A DNA stretch of 49,931 nt. Origin: an uncultured Halobacteriales archaeon. GTDB lineage: Archaea > Halobacteriota > Halobacteria > Halobacteriales > Halalkalicoccaceae. Numbering within the stretch: position 1 is the stretch's first letter; each line of letters opens with the position of its first letter. The notes under the pieces are model-generated. The model did no database searches and was not told the origin of the DNA. It was given only the letters and a program-made list of their open reading frames with translations. Made by a program: the position numbers and the translations under genes. Below, one piece after another: positions 14,765-22,863 of the stretch. The stretch is taken from the NCBI GenBank assembly GCA_964403315.1, contig CAYOFZ010000001.1, forward strand, positions 1 to 49,931, given 5' to 3'.

Positions 14765-15672
14765 GTCGCGGCGTGCTCTACATGGCCGCGGGCGACGCGT
14801 ATCTCGCCGAAGTCGAGCGGTCGGCCGCGTCGGTGCGCGGGCAGATGCCCGACACCGACATCGCGATCGCCGCGCCACCCGACGCGGACGTGCCGGGGGT
14901 CTTTGATCGACACCTCGCGCGCGAGTTCGACACCGCGACGGACGACAGCGGGCGGACGTGGCTACTCAATTCGACGATTCCGCCGGACCTGTCGCCGTTC
15001 GAGAAGACGCTGTATCTCGATAGTGACACCCACCTGTGCGCGGACGTGAGCGAACTCTGGGGCCTGCTCGAACGCGTCGACCTCGCGGCGGCGGCGACGC
15101 CCTCGCGCGCGCCGGTGGCGGGCGTACCGGAGCCGTGGTGTCTGATGAACTGTGGCGTCATCGCCTACCGCGATCGCGCGGCCACGCGGACGCTGTTGGA
15201 GCGCTGGCGAGACGGCTACCGCGCGGCGCTCGACGCGCAGGGTCGGCCGGTGGATCAACCGGCGTTCGCCCGCGCGCTCTATGGGACCGATATCCGGTGG
15301 CACGAACTCCCGCGGCGGTACAACGTCCGCGTGCCGCGAAAAGGCGTGCTCACCGCGAGGGCGAAAATCATCCACGGTCGGCACCCCGCGGCGACACTCG
15401 CCGAGATCGCCGCCGAGTTGAACGCGACCGCCCGCCCGCGAGTGTATCGCGAGCGGTCGTATCTGTCGACGCCGACGCACACCCTCGTCGCGAACGGGAC
15501 GTATCGCTACCACGTCGAACGGACGCTCGCCGAGCACGGCCTCGCGGCGACGCTCAAACGCGCACTCGGGTGTCTCGGCCGGCGCGTGTCGAATCGCGAG
15601 GTGTTCGAGCGGTGGGTGCGGCCGCCGCATCACAACCGGCCGGAACCGGGTGCGGATCGACGCGGTGGGTGA
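14761..15672 (+). CDS. putative nucleotide-sugar glycosyltransferase (GT8-like, DxD)
   Basis: 303-aa ORF. YLDSDTHL DxD motif in a Rossmann-like N-terminal half. ATGA overlap with the FkbM gene. Confidence 0.5.
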   Translation: MSRGVLYMAAGDAYLAEVERSAASVRGQMPDTDIAIAAPPDADVPGVFDRHLAREFDTATDDSGRTWLLNSTIPPDLSPFEKTLYLDSDTHLCADVSELWGLLERVDLAAAATPSRAPVAGVPEPWCLMNCGVIAYRDRAATRTLLERWRDGYRAALDAQGRPVDQPAFARALYGTDIRWHELPRRYNVRVPRKGVLTARAKIIHGRHPAATLAEIAAELNATARPRVYRERSYLSTPTHTLVANGTYRYHVERTLAEHGLAATLKRALGCLGRRVSNREVFERWVRPPHHNRPEPGADRRGG

Positions 15673-15729
15673 GGTCGTGTTTTTGGATCGGTGTGTCCGC
15701 TTTTATACCCACCGCGGCAACGCTCCCAC

Positions 15730-16446
15730 ATGGCACCCTCAGACAGCCAGCCACCCGACACCGACGACACAGCCGACTTGCGCGAGCGCGTCGCACAGCT
15801 CGAACAGACGGTCTCGAAACAGTCCGAACTGCTCAGACGCGTCATGCCCTCGCGGCGTGATTTCGTGAAAATGGGCGGCGGTGCGGCCGTCGGTGCCGCG
15901 GGCGTCTACGCGGCGACCGGCGGGGCCGCGGGGCAAACTGGCCCGGCGGGCCAGCAGGGGACCGAATCGGAGCCGAACGACATGTACGCGTGGGATCTGG
16001 ACGTCCAGAACGGCGCGACGTTTAACGGCAATCCGCTGTCAGGTGTGGGGGCGATGGATGTAGAAAAACGCATAGTTCCAGATATAACGACTGGAACAAG
16101 TGAGTTTTTTGTTGAATATAGCGACACGAGTGGATATTCAAACAGTCAAATCCAGCAAATAACTGAAGGGGTGTCAACAACAACGACCGTTATATATTCG
16201 TCGCCTCATGCTGGTGGCGGGGGCCTCTGTTTGGTGCAGGGTCGATCATCCGATGTGAGTGGGCGGTTCACCGAGTTGGTCATGTTCCATCCATTCGGTT
16301 CGGGGCCAACGGTTATCAATTCTGAGACAAGAGACACGCCAGACGGACGCACATACGCCATTGATGGTGCGGAATTAGAGCTGTCAATGGCCGCAAACAC
16401 GTATAATATCATCGCCACATCGATGGATATGCAGGCTTCAGGATAA
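15730..16446 (+). CDS. Tat-motif anchored fibre-like or adhesin-like protein with short collagen-like GXY run and an AT-richer C-terminal domain
   Basis: Start at ATG 15730. N-terminal coiled coil, SRRDFVKMGGGAAVGAAGV, then GAAGQTGPAGQQGTE. GC drops visibly from about 16060. Confidence 0.6.
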   Translation: MAPSDSQPPDTDDTADLRERVAQLEQTVSKQSELLRRVMPSRRDFVKMGGGAAVGAAGVYAATGGAAGQTGPAGQQGTESEPNDMYAWDLDVQNGATFNGNPLSGVGAMDVEKRIVPDITTGTSEFFVEYSDTSGYSNSQIQQITEGVSTTTTVIYSSPHAGGGGLCLVQGRSSDVSGRFTELVMFHPFGSGPTVINSETRDTPDGRTYAIDGAELELSMAANTYNIIATSMDMQASG

Positions 16447-16577
16447 TGACTAAAGTAATACTCAAAACCGACGATGGCGATAAGACGCTAACGATTGTCG
16501 GAGACTATCCGATTGATGATGCGATAACGGATCATGGATATGACCCCGATGTTGTGAAGTGGTCTGACGCTGAATAG
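16446..16577 (+). CDS. 43-aa acidic mini-protein coupled to the fibre-like gene
   Basis: TAATG junction. MTKVILKTDDGDKTLTIVGDYPIDDAITDHGYDPDVVKWSDAE. Same low-GC patch as the upstream C-terminal domain. Below the track length cutoff. Confidence 0.35.
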   Translation: MTKVILKTDDGDKTLTIVGDYPIDDAITDHGYDPDVVKWSDAE

Positions 16578-16611
16578 GCGCTCCGGTACTCAACAACCCC
16601 CACACACTGAC

Positions 16612-16624
16612 ACCAAAAAATAAG
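16612..16624 (-). terminator. oligo-T tract (minus strand) after the 17656-16636 operon
   Basis: The + strand reads CCAAAAAATAA, which gives T6 on the minus strand 12-20 nt past the stop at 16636. Confidence 0.3.
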
Positions 16625-16635
16625 AGACCGCGCCT

Positions 16636-17205
16636 TCAGTTCGTCTCGATCGTCAACGTGCCAGAGCCACCAACGTCGCCGTACTGGCCGGGCTCGTAGC
16701 CGTCACGCTCCACGGTGAGCGTCGGGGTATCGCTCGCCGTATCACTCGCCAGCACGTCACCGTTGGAGTTCAACACCTCGAACCGAACCTCCACGGTCAC
16801 GTCAGTTTGCAGCTCCCCGGCGACGGGGGCGAGTGCCGAGGCGTCGAGGATGCCTTCGGCGACGAGATCCACCTCGAACGTCGCGCTACCCGAGGCCTCG
16901 CCGAACAACTGCGCCGAGTCGTCGGTGGCGAGCACTTCAAGCTCGCCCGCGCCGGCGGCGAGTGCCAGCGTCACTTCGGCGGGTTGCACGCCCGACGGGA
17001 CGTCGTAGCTCCACGCCACGTCGGCGGCGAGCCACACCGCACTTACCGACCCCGTTTCGTCGAGGACGACCGAATCGTCGGCGACATCGAGTGTCGTCGA
17101 GGCCTGCGCGTCGGCGGTCGTTGCGAGGGCGTGGACGCCGGCCATGGTGAGCACGCCGCCGCCGGTCGCAGCCGCCCCACCGCGCAGCACGGTCCGGCGC
17201 TTCAT
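16636..17205 (-). CDS. Tat-signal secreted protein
   Basis: Start at MKRRTVLRGGAAATGG (ATG 17205, ATGA overlap). 189 aa, acidic and beta-rich in composition. Confidence 0.6.
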   Translation of the reverse strand: MKRRTVLRGGAAATGGGVLTMAGVHALATTADAQASTTLDVADDSVVLDETGSVSAVWLAADVAWSYDVPSGVQPAEVTLALAAGAGELEVLATDDSAQLFGEASGSATFEVDLVAEGILDASALAPVAGELQTDVTVEVRFEVLNSNGDVLASDTASDTPTLTVERDGYEPGQYGDVGGSGTLTIETN

Positions 17206-17366
17206 TGCTCGGCCTCGCGTTCGCAATCGAGACACCGGCCGTCGACGTGATACAGCACGTCGTGCCGTTCGCAGTGTTCGATTTCGTCATCCCGCAGGCC
17301 GATTTCGTCGCGCCCCGGTGGTGTCGCCATCAACTCGGTCACGTCGATTTCTCGCGGGTAGTTCAT
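17202..17366 (-). CDS. 54-aa Cys/His mini-protein
   Basis: Not in the track: MNYPREIDVTELMATPPGRDEIGLRDDEIEHCERHDVLYHVDGRCLDCEREAEQ. ATGA overlaps at both ends. Confidence 0.45.
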   Translation of the reverse strand: MNYPREIDVTELMATPPGRDEIGLRDDEIEHCERHDVLYHVDGRCLDCEREAEQ

Positions 17367-17656
17367 CGCAGCGCCTCGCGAAGGATGTCGCCGAAGGACT
17401 CCCGGTAGTGAATCGAGCGCCAGCCTCTTTTAGAATCGACGTAGCCGATCCACGCGGCGAGCCGGCGATCGGTCAGGTCCACGGTCCGTTCGATCGAGCC
17501 GTCGGCGGCGACCACCACCACGCGGTCGTCGTACGGCGAGTGGTGATGCACCGCGCCCGTGCCGTCGATCCCGAGGGTGTTCGGGCGATCGAGTGCGTCG
17601 AGTGCGTCTGTGCTGTCGTGCGGGGCTTTAATATCCCCGGCTGTCTTAGTTGACAT
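17363..17656 (-). CDS. hypothetical protein
   Basis: 97-aa acidic ORF, first gene of a three-gene coupled unit. Confidence 0.5.
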   Translation of the reverse strand: MSTKTAGDIKAPHDSTDALDALDRPNTLGIDGTGAVHHHSPYDDRVVVVAADGSIERTVDLTDRRLAAWIGYVDSKRGWRSIHYRESFGDILREALR

Positions 17657-17765
17657 TGTCTACCTTCGTAGACACCCCGCCGCGGGCGTTCCATCGCCCC
17701 CGGCATCTGTGTCAAAAGTGCCAGATAGCGGCGGGTGTGTCTATACAAATACCACGGTGTCTGAC
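17657..17765. promoter_or_regulatory. operator/promoter region with TGTCT(A/G) half-sites
   Basis: Perfect palindrome TGTCTAC-CTTC-GTAGACA at 17657-17674, abutting the ATG at 17656. Further TGTCTAT (17738) and TGTCTGA (17758). Confidence 0.4.
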
Positions 17766-17785
17766 CCCTTAACAGTTGCGTATTG

Positions 17786-18160
17786 TCATGCAGAGTTGCC
17801 GGACTCGCGCAATTCAGCGGCCACCGACGCGGCGATGAAATGTCCGCGTTCGCCCCGGTCGATTTCGACGAGGTCGCCATCGCCGAGCGCGTCGGAGTCC
17901 ACCTTCAACACGTCGCCGGATTCGAGGAGTTGGCCGAGATAGTTCGTCGCCGTTCGGCGTTCGAAGGTCGCCCCGTGGAGCTTCGCCGTCCGCCAGACGT
18001 CCACCCCGCGCATCGCCGTCCCCGACGCTTCGAGTACCGCGAGCAGCTGTGCGCGTCGATCCCGGGGAGCCATACGGCCGCTATCAGCGCCATCCTGTTT
18101 AACTTCGGCGGAGTTGTCCGATTGCTGCGATGTTATGCAATCACGCTCGTCTTTAGGCAT
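17786..18160 (-). CDS. winged-helix DNA-binding protein
   Basis: 124-aa ORF. RAQLLAVLEASGTAMRGVDVWRTAKLHGATFERRTATNYLGQLLESGDVLKV fits a wHTH. The start may be the internal MAPRD (18073). Confidence 0.55.
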   Translation of the reverse strand: MPKDERDCITSQQSDNSAEVKQDGADSGRMAPRDRRAQLLAVLEASGTAMRGVDVWRTAKLHGATFERRTATNYLGQLLESGDVLKVDSDALGDGDLVEIDRGERGHFIAASVAAELRESGNSA

Positions 18161-18253
18161 GCTTACGTGTTATTGGGCAATGTTTATAAGAACGGGCTTC
18201 GATATCGAGCGTATGCGACTCGAAACCGACGGTCGCGGCGGGTGTGGTCGAGT

Positions 18254-18442
18254 ATGACTGAGAGCGAACGCGAACGGCACGACGGCTGCGGCTGCACGAA
18301 CGGTCGGCTTGTCGGTGACGCCCCGGCGTGCAAGGAAACGCACCCGGACGGCCGACTCGTCTGTACGCGAGAGTTGGGCCACGAGGGGGCGCACGAGGCG
18401 TGTAGCCCGAGCGAACATCCGAAAGCGAGGTGGTCGGCGTGA
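18254..18442 (+). CDS. Cys/His-rich mini-protein
   Basis: 62 aa starting at ATG 18254. TATA-like TTTATAAG about 65 nt upstream. First gene of a long + polycistron. Confidence 0.45.
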   Translation: MTESERERHDGCGCTNGRLVGDAPACKETHPDGRLVCTRELGHEGAHEACSPSEHPKARWSA

Positions 18443-18741
18443 CGGACGACCCTGAACAGGGGGCGGCTGCTGCCGCTCGTCGCGCGAAACAACAGAACTG
18501 CGACATCCCGAACATCGTCAGGGCCGGACAACCGATCGGCGAGTGCCCGTCGTGTGGGCACCGCTTCGACTACAGCCGGGGCACGGATGTCCACAACCTC
18601 GACCGGTGTCCCCGATGTGGATCTGACGACTGGCACAAGTGGGGATACCGGTACAACGGCGAGGAGATCCGGCGCGACGACGCATGGGATCGCTACGACG
18701 AACCGCCATCGGTGCAGTCCGATGGGGGCGGGTCGCGATGA
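18430..18741 (+). CDS. zinc-ribbon protein
   Basis: 103-aa ORF. CPSCGH..CPRCGS. Confidence 0.55.
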   Translation: MVGVTDDPEQGAAAAARRAKQQNCDIPNIVRAGQPIGECPSCGHRFDYSRGTDVHNLDRCPRCGSDDWHKWGYRYNGEEIRRDDAWDRYDEPPSVQSDGGGSR

Positions 18742-18974
18742 GTGCTCGGTGTGAGAGCGGTGTCGAACGGCCCACGGTTCCATTTGCAATCGTGGCCGAA
18801 ACGTGGGTTGAAAAGGGCGATGGTCGGTATCAAGTCAAATACCGATACGAAGGGATGCTGAATGGCGAGCGGACGAAAGCCATCATCCCGGAAAAGTCGG
18901 GGAGGGATCGGGCCGAGGAGATCGCCGAGGACTTCGACGGTGTTCGCCTCGAATGGGGGCATTTCATTCCATGA
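18738..18974 (+). CDS. hypothetical protein
   Basis: 78 aa from ATG 18738 (ATGA overlap). Mixed-charge, globular-looking sequence. Confidence 0.5.
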   Translation: MSARCESGVERPTVPFAIVAETWVEKGDGRYQVKYRYEGMLNGERTKAIIPEKSGRDRAEEIAEDFDGVRLEWGHFIP

Positions 18975-19141
18975 ACAATACTGAGCGCATTCCCACCTGT
19001 GAGAACTGTGGCGTAAAACACCAGTGGATTCTCTCCTTGAACAGCATGGTCCGTGTTGTCAACTTCGAGTGTAACGAGTGCGGGTGGCAACAGACCCGCA
19101 CGCTAAACACGGACACCGACCGGCCGGAGGACTCGCCATGA
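18971..19141 (+). CDS. zinc-ribbon mini-protein
   Basis: 56 aa from ATG 18971 (ATGA overlap). CENCG..CNECG. Locally AT-richer. Confidence 0.5.
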   Translation: MNNTERIPTCENCGVKHQWILSLNSMVRVVNFECNECGWQQTRTLNTDTDRPEDSP

Positions 19142-19416
19142 CGGACGCATACCGCTGCGACGAGTGCGACACGTTCGGCGACGGCGACGCCCCGCTGTCG
19201 CTCTCGATGCGGATCGAGGGCGACGACGCGGGCCTGCTCGGTGGCCTGTTCGGGGTGAACGGCGGGCCGTCGGAGACCTACGACTTCTGTTCGATCGCGT
19301 GCGCAGAGTCGTTCGACTTCAATGCGGTCCGCGAGGGGCTTATCGCCGAGGTGGACGACAAACAGCAGGTGCTCGATGCCGACGTAAGTGGTGCGTCAGG
19401 GGTGGTTGAAGAATGA
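19138..19416 (+). CDS. zinc-binding hypothetical protein
   Basis: 92 aa from ATG 19138 (ATGA overlap). CDECD..CSIAC. Confidence 0.5.
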   Translation: MTDAYRCDECDTFGDGDAPLSLSMRIEGDDAGLLGGLFGVNGGPSETYDFCSIACAESFDFNAVREGLIAEVDDKQQVLDADVSGASGVVEE

Positions 19417-19664
19417 CAGAGCGCGAAACGGTTCCCGTCGCCGACATCCCGAAGCGGATGCTCGGTAACCTACTGCACGACGGCCCCGACGGCCAGTGTG
19501 CATACATGCACGCCGGGATCGAACAGCGGTGTTCGAACGCCGCCGACGCGCACACGTTTTACGAACACGGTGACGAGTACGTGCGGGTCGAAATGTGCGC
19601 CGAGCACGCCCGCGAGGACGTGCCGAGATACGACGAGTGGGAACAGGCGGTGCTATCGGAATGA
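19413..19664 (+). CDS. hypothetical Cys/His protein
   Basis: 83-aa ORF, ATGA-coupled. Confidence 0.5.
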   Translation: MTERETVPVADIPKRMLGNLLHDGPDGQCAYMHAGIEQRCSNAADAHTFYEHGDEYVRVEMCAEHAREDVPRYDEWEQAVLSE

Positions 19665-20044
19665 CTGAGACCGGCAGGGGAGACGAGTTCCCAACAGACT
19701 GGTGGCACCTTCCGATACTGTTCGGTCTCTTGGTCGGCTTCGGCTGGATATACGTGCCGAGCGCGTTCAGTCGCCGCGACTGGGGATACCTTGCCGGTGT
19801 CGTCGGCGCGTGGGCGGTGTCCATCGGCGTTTTCATCGGTCTCTGGACGATTGTCGAGCGCGGGTATGTCGATCCCGTGTTCGAGAGTATCCATCGATGG
19901 ATCGGACAGGCCGCGGCGGCGGTGCGTGCGGCCATCGAGTCGGTCGATCCGTTGGCCGCCGGGGCGCTGTTGATTGTGGTCGGCGGCGGGCTGTTCGCCT
20001 GCTCGATCGTGACCTACTATCGAGACGGTGATTCGAATGAGTGA
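19661..20044 (+). CDS. membrane protein (3-4 TM)
   Basis: 127 aa from ATG 19661 (ATGA overlap) with hydrophobic helices. Confidence 0.55.
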   Translation: MTETGRGDEFPTDWWHLPILFGLLVGFGWIYVPSAFSRRDWGYLAGVVGAWAVSIGVFIGLWTIVERGYVDPVFESIHRWIGQAAAAVRAAIESVDPLAAGALLIVVGGGLFACSIVTYYRDGDSNE

Positions 20045-20330
20045 GACCGACGCGCCTCGGTGGGCGCGGGTGTGGGAGGCCGTCGTGCCATCCAACCAGA
20101 CAATCATTACAGGCCTATTCGGAATCTGGGTACTGACTGGTGCCTTTGTGATCTGTTCGCTTCTGTTCGGCTCTATCGCCGGTGCGGTTTTACACGGTTC
20201 CACAGCGCCGGCATGGTCCTTGTCGAAAACAATCTGGGTCGGTGCCCCGATTACACTCGTCATCGCGGCGTTCGCCGCCGCGAACTGGTACGCACACACC
20301 CGCGCAAAGGACGGTGGTTCAAATGACTGA
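20037..20330 (+). CDS. membrane protein (3 TM)
   Basis: 97 aa from ATG 20037, overlapping the upstream stop. Confidence 0.55.
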   Translation: MSETDAPRWARVWEAVVPSNQTIITGLFGIWVLTGAFVICSLLFGSIAGAVLHGSTAPAWSLSKTIWVGAPITLVIAAFAAANWYAHTRAKDGGSND

Positions 20331-20907
20331 GACCGAACTCGCACTCGCCGCCGGACGCGTGGGCGACGTTTGCGACGCGATTGATGCCGAGGTCTCACCG
20401 GCCGTCCGCGACCGCGCCGAGGGATTCGCCCGCCGCGCCGACCACGAACACCCGATCAACCGCTCGCCCGGCGTGGTGGCCGCGAGTGCGGTGTATCTCG
20501 CCGCGTTGCTCGAAAACGAAAAGATAACACAACGGCCGCTCGCCGACGGCGCAGGGGTGAGCACGACCGCGATTCGAGAGTGTTATCACGAACTGTTCGA
20601 ACACGAGGGGCTCGGCGAGCAGTTCACGCTGGGAAAGCGAAGCGGGGGCGACGGAGGTGACGAACCGATCGCGGTGCTCACCACGCCGCCGGTCGTTCGC
20701 GTATGCATCGGGGTCGTGATTGCGCTTTTCGTCGGGGTGCTCGTCGCGCACCACCTCCTCGTCGAATCGGCGGGTGTGGACACCTACCGCGGGTTTGCCG
20801 AGAACGCCCCGACGGTCGTGGACCTGTGGCCGGTCGTCGCGCTGGTGGCGCTGTTGGCGCTGGCCGTTACGGCGTGGCCGTACGTGCTGGGAGGGGTCGG
20901 ACGATGA
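20323..20907 (+). CDS. single cyclin-fold TFB/TFIIB-like domain fused to C-terminal TM helices
   Basis: 194 aa from ATG 20323. NRSPGVVAASAVYLAALLENEKITQRPLADGAGVSTTAIRECYHEL matches the TFB cyclin-repeat/HTH pattern. Two C-terminal hydrophobic helices. Confidence 0.65.
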   Translation: MTETELALAAGRVGDVCDAIDAEVSPAVRDRAEGFARRADHEHPINRSPGVVAASAVYLAALLENEKITQRPLADGAGVSTTAIRECYHELFEHEGLGEQFTLGKRSGGDGGDEPIAVLTTPPVVRVCIGVVIALFVGVLVAHHLLVESAGVDTYRGFAENAPTVVDLWPVVALVALLALAVTAWPYVLGGVGR

Positions 20908-21386
20908 GCGACCAACACGGCGCAACCACGGTCGATGTTCCGATGGCGGTCGAGAAAGCATGGCACCTGATTCAATCGGAATTGCCCGTCGCTTCGTGGG
21001 CCAAGGGCGCGTCGGTACACGAATTTAGCCTGATTGATGAAACGGGCCATTTCGCCTTTTCGTTGGTTGCGGACGGACACCACGGAAGCGCGGTCATCTA
21101 CCGGACGGATGTGGCATATTCCGACGCGCTGGAGCGCGACACGCTCGATGTCTTGGAGACCGATGCTGACCGGCCAGAGGGTGCCACGATGAGCGACGAG
21201 ACCGAGCGGTGCGAAACGTGCGAAGTGCGTGATTGGGGACTCGACAGCGACGGTCAGTTGGTCCCGGTGTGGGAGAACCCCGCGGACTACACGCGGGGCG
21301 AAGGCCCCGATTATATCGGGTGCACGAACTGTGGGACCATGCGCCCGGTGGGCGAGGACGCCGACCGATCGGGAGCGGGGCCATGA
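20904..21386 (+). CDS. hypothetical protein with C-terminal zinc ribbon
   Basis: 160 aa from ATG 20904 (ATGA overlap). CETCE..CTNCG. Confidence 0.5.
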   Translation: MSDQHGATTVDVPMAVEKAWHLIQSELPVASWAKGASVHEFSLIDETGHFAFSLVADGHHGSAVIYRTDVAYSDALERDTLDVLETDADRPEGATMSDETERCETCEVRDWGLDSDGQLVPVWENPADYTRGEGPDYIGCTNCGTMRPVGEDADRSGAGP

Positions 21387-21709
21387 ACGACCGTCGAATC
21401 GGACGCGACGACCTCGATAACTGTTGGTGCTGTGGTGGGTTACACGACAGTCCGAAAGCGCTCTGTCCGGCCTGTGACGACGCGGGGTGTCGGCACTTCG
21501 GCGGCGAGTGTCGGAGTGACCACCAGCCGGTTGTTTCGGACGGTGGTGCCGACGTTGGCGATGCCGAACAGTACCGCATTGAGGCAGAAGCCGTTAGTAA
21601 AGACTCTGCATACACCCTTCGGCAGGTCATCGAGGATAACGTCGACCTTCGGTTAATTGCCTTCGATCCAGCGACCGCGGAGGTCGACCTATCGGGAGAC
21701 AACCCATGA
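21383..21709 (+). CDS. Cys-rich hypothetical protein
   Basis: 108 aa from ATG 21383 (ATGA overlap). CWCCGG..CPACDDAGC. Confidence 0.5.
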   Translation: MNDRRIGRDDLDNCWCCGGLHDSPKALCPACDDAGCRHFGGECRSDHQPVVSDGGADVGDAEQYRIEAEAVSKDSAYTLRQVIEDNVDLRLIAFDPATAEVDLSGDNP

Positions 21710-22215
21710 ACACCCAGCGCGACCCCGATCCGCACGGCATCGTCCCCGACGCGTTTCTCGATCGATTCCCAGAGGCCGACACGATTCGGGAGGCGCTCGA
21801 GCTGGCCGAACGCGAATTGAGCGAGACCGACCCCGACACGATGCCGCGGTGCCCGCGGTGTAAATCTGAGAACATCCGTACGAAACGTGATCGCGGGCGC
21901 AAACAGCCGAATCGCCGGGGGGGGGCCATGAAGTGCTGGTCGTGCGATAATCACTTTGACGATCCATTGCCGCCGGTCGCGTCGCGGGCGGGGGTGCAGG
22001 GGTCGATCGCCGACGAGGGCGAGGTCGCACTCGATGTCCCGCATTGCCCCGACTGCCACCAGACCGACCGCGTGCGTGCGTACCGAAGCGTCGAGGGGCA
22101 GCCGCAAAACTGGAAGTGTGAGGACTGCAATCGCCACTTCAACGACGGCGACGAGCCGGTGCCCGAACCGCGAGACATCGGCGAGCAGGCGACGCTGGGG
22201 GAGGCGAGTCGATGA
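21706..22215 (+). CDS. double zinc-ribbon protein
   Basis: 169-aa ORF. CPRCKS..CWSCDN and CPDCHQ..CEDCNRH. Confidence 0.55.
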   Translation: MNTQRDPDPHGIVPDAFLDRFPEADTIREALELAERELSETDPDTMPRCPRCKSENIRTKRDRGRKQPNRRGGAMKCWSCDNHFDDPLPPVASRAGVQGSIADEGEVALDVPHCPDCHQTDRVRAYRSVEGQPQNWKCEDCNRHFNDGDEPVPEPRDIGEQATLGEASR

Positions 22216-22358
22216 ACGGTGATACCGACCGCCCGGCGAAACTCGGGCCGACAATCAGAATGGCGAAGTATTGGCCGAACGGGACCGATCCGAAGGGGCT
22301 TGATCACTACACCGACCTTGAGGACTTGGTAGCGGATACCGACCGAGAGGCCGACTGA
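22212..22358 (+). CDS. 48-aa acidic mini-protein
   Basis: Not in the track. ATGA overlap upstream, TGATG downstream. It fills the only gap in the polycistron. Confidence 0.35.
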   Translation: MNGDTDRPAKLGPTIRMAKYWPNGTDPKGLDHYTDLEDLVADTDREAD

Positions 22359-22666
22359 TGAACAGCGATACAGAGACGGTCTACATCAACGACAACCCGA
22401 TCGGCGAGACCGAGGTCTACCACGCGCGACAGTTCCATGCGACGAAGCACCGCTGGACAGCCCAACACACCCGCGAGACGACGGCCGCCGAGGCCCAGGC
22501 CGAGGGCTATCGGCCGTGCAAGCAGTGCTATCCCCACCGGACGGCCGACGCATGCCCGGCGTGTGGACACGGCGGCGATGGGGACGAGGACCCCGACACC
22601 GGCCAGAGGAAGTGTCCGAACGACGACTGTCGGGTTGCCAGTTTTTACGCAGAGGCCGACCGATGA
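22358..22666 (+). CDS. Ada-like zinc motif plus zinc-ribbon protein
   Basis: 102-aa ORF. VYHARQFH..AEGYRPCKQCYPH, then CPACGH..CPNDDC. Confidence 0.5.
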   Translation: MNSDTETVYINDNPIGETEVYHARQFHATKHRWTAQHTRETTAAEAQAEGYRPCKQCYPHRTADACPACGHGGDGDEDPDTGQRKCPNDDCRVASFYAEADR

Positions 22667-22764
22667 CGCTCTGGCTCGCGATCGTCGTCGGCTGGCTCGC
22701 GATGGGGTGCTTTGTCATCGGGTATGGACTCGGGTGGATGCAGGCGCGCGGCGGGGCGGAGTGA
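22663..22764 (+). CDS. 33-aa single-TM peptide
   Basis: ATGA overlap. MTLWLAIVVGWLAMGCFVIGYGLGWMQARGGAE. Below the track cutoff. Confidence 0.3.
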   Translation: MTLWLAIVVGWLAMGCFVIGYGLGWMQARGGAE

Positions 22765-22771
22765 TTGTTTT

Positions 22772-22850
22772 CGGAAGTGTCGGAAGTGTCCCGTTCCTTT
22801 GTGGGTAAGTATGGGAAATATTTATTATGATGGGGTACTATGTACCACAT
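22772..22850 (+). promoter_or_regulatory. internal promoter: tandem CGGAAGTGT x2, TATA-like AAATATTTATTA, palindrome GGTAC-TAT-GTACC
   Basis: Tandem 9-mers at 22772-22789. AT box at 22816-22827. Palindrome at 22834-22846. This is the only AT-rich gap in the 18254-23424 gene string. Confidence 0.45.
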
Positions 22851-22863
22851 AGAGGGAGACAAC

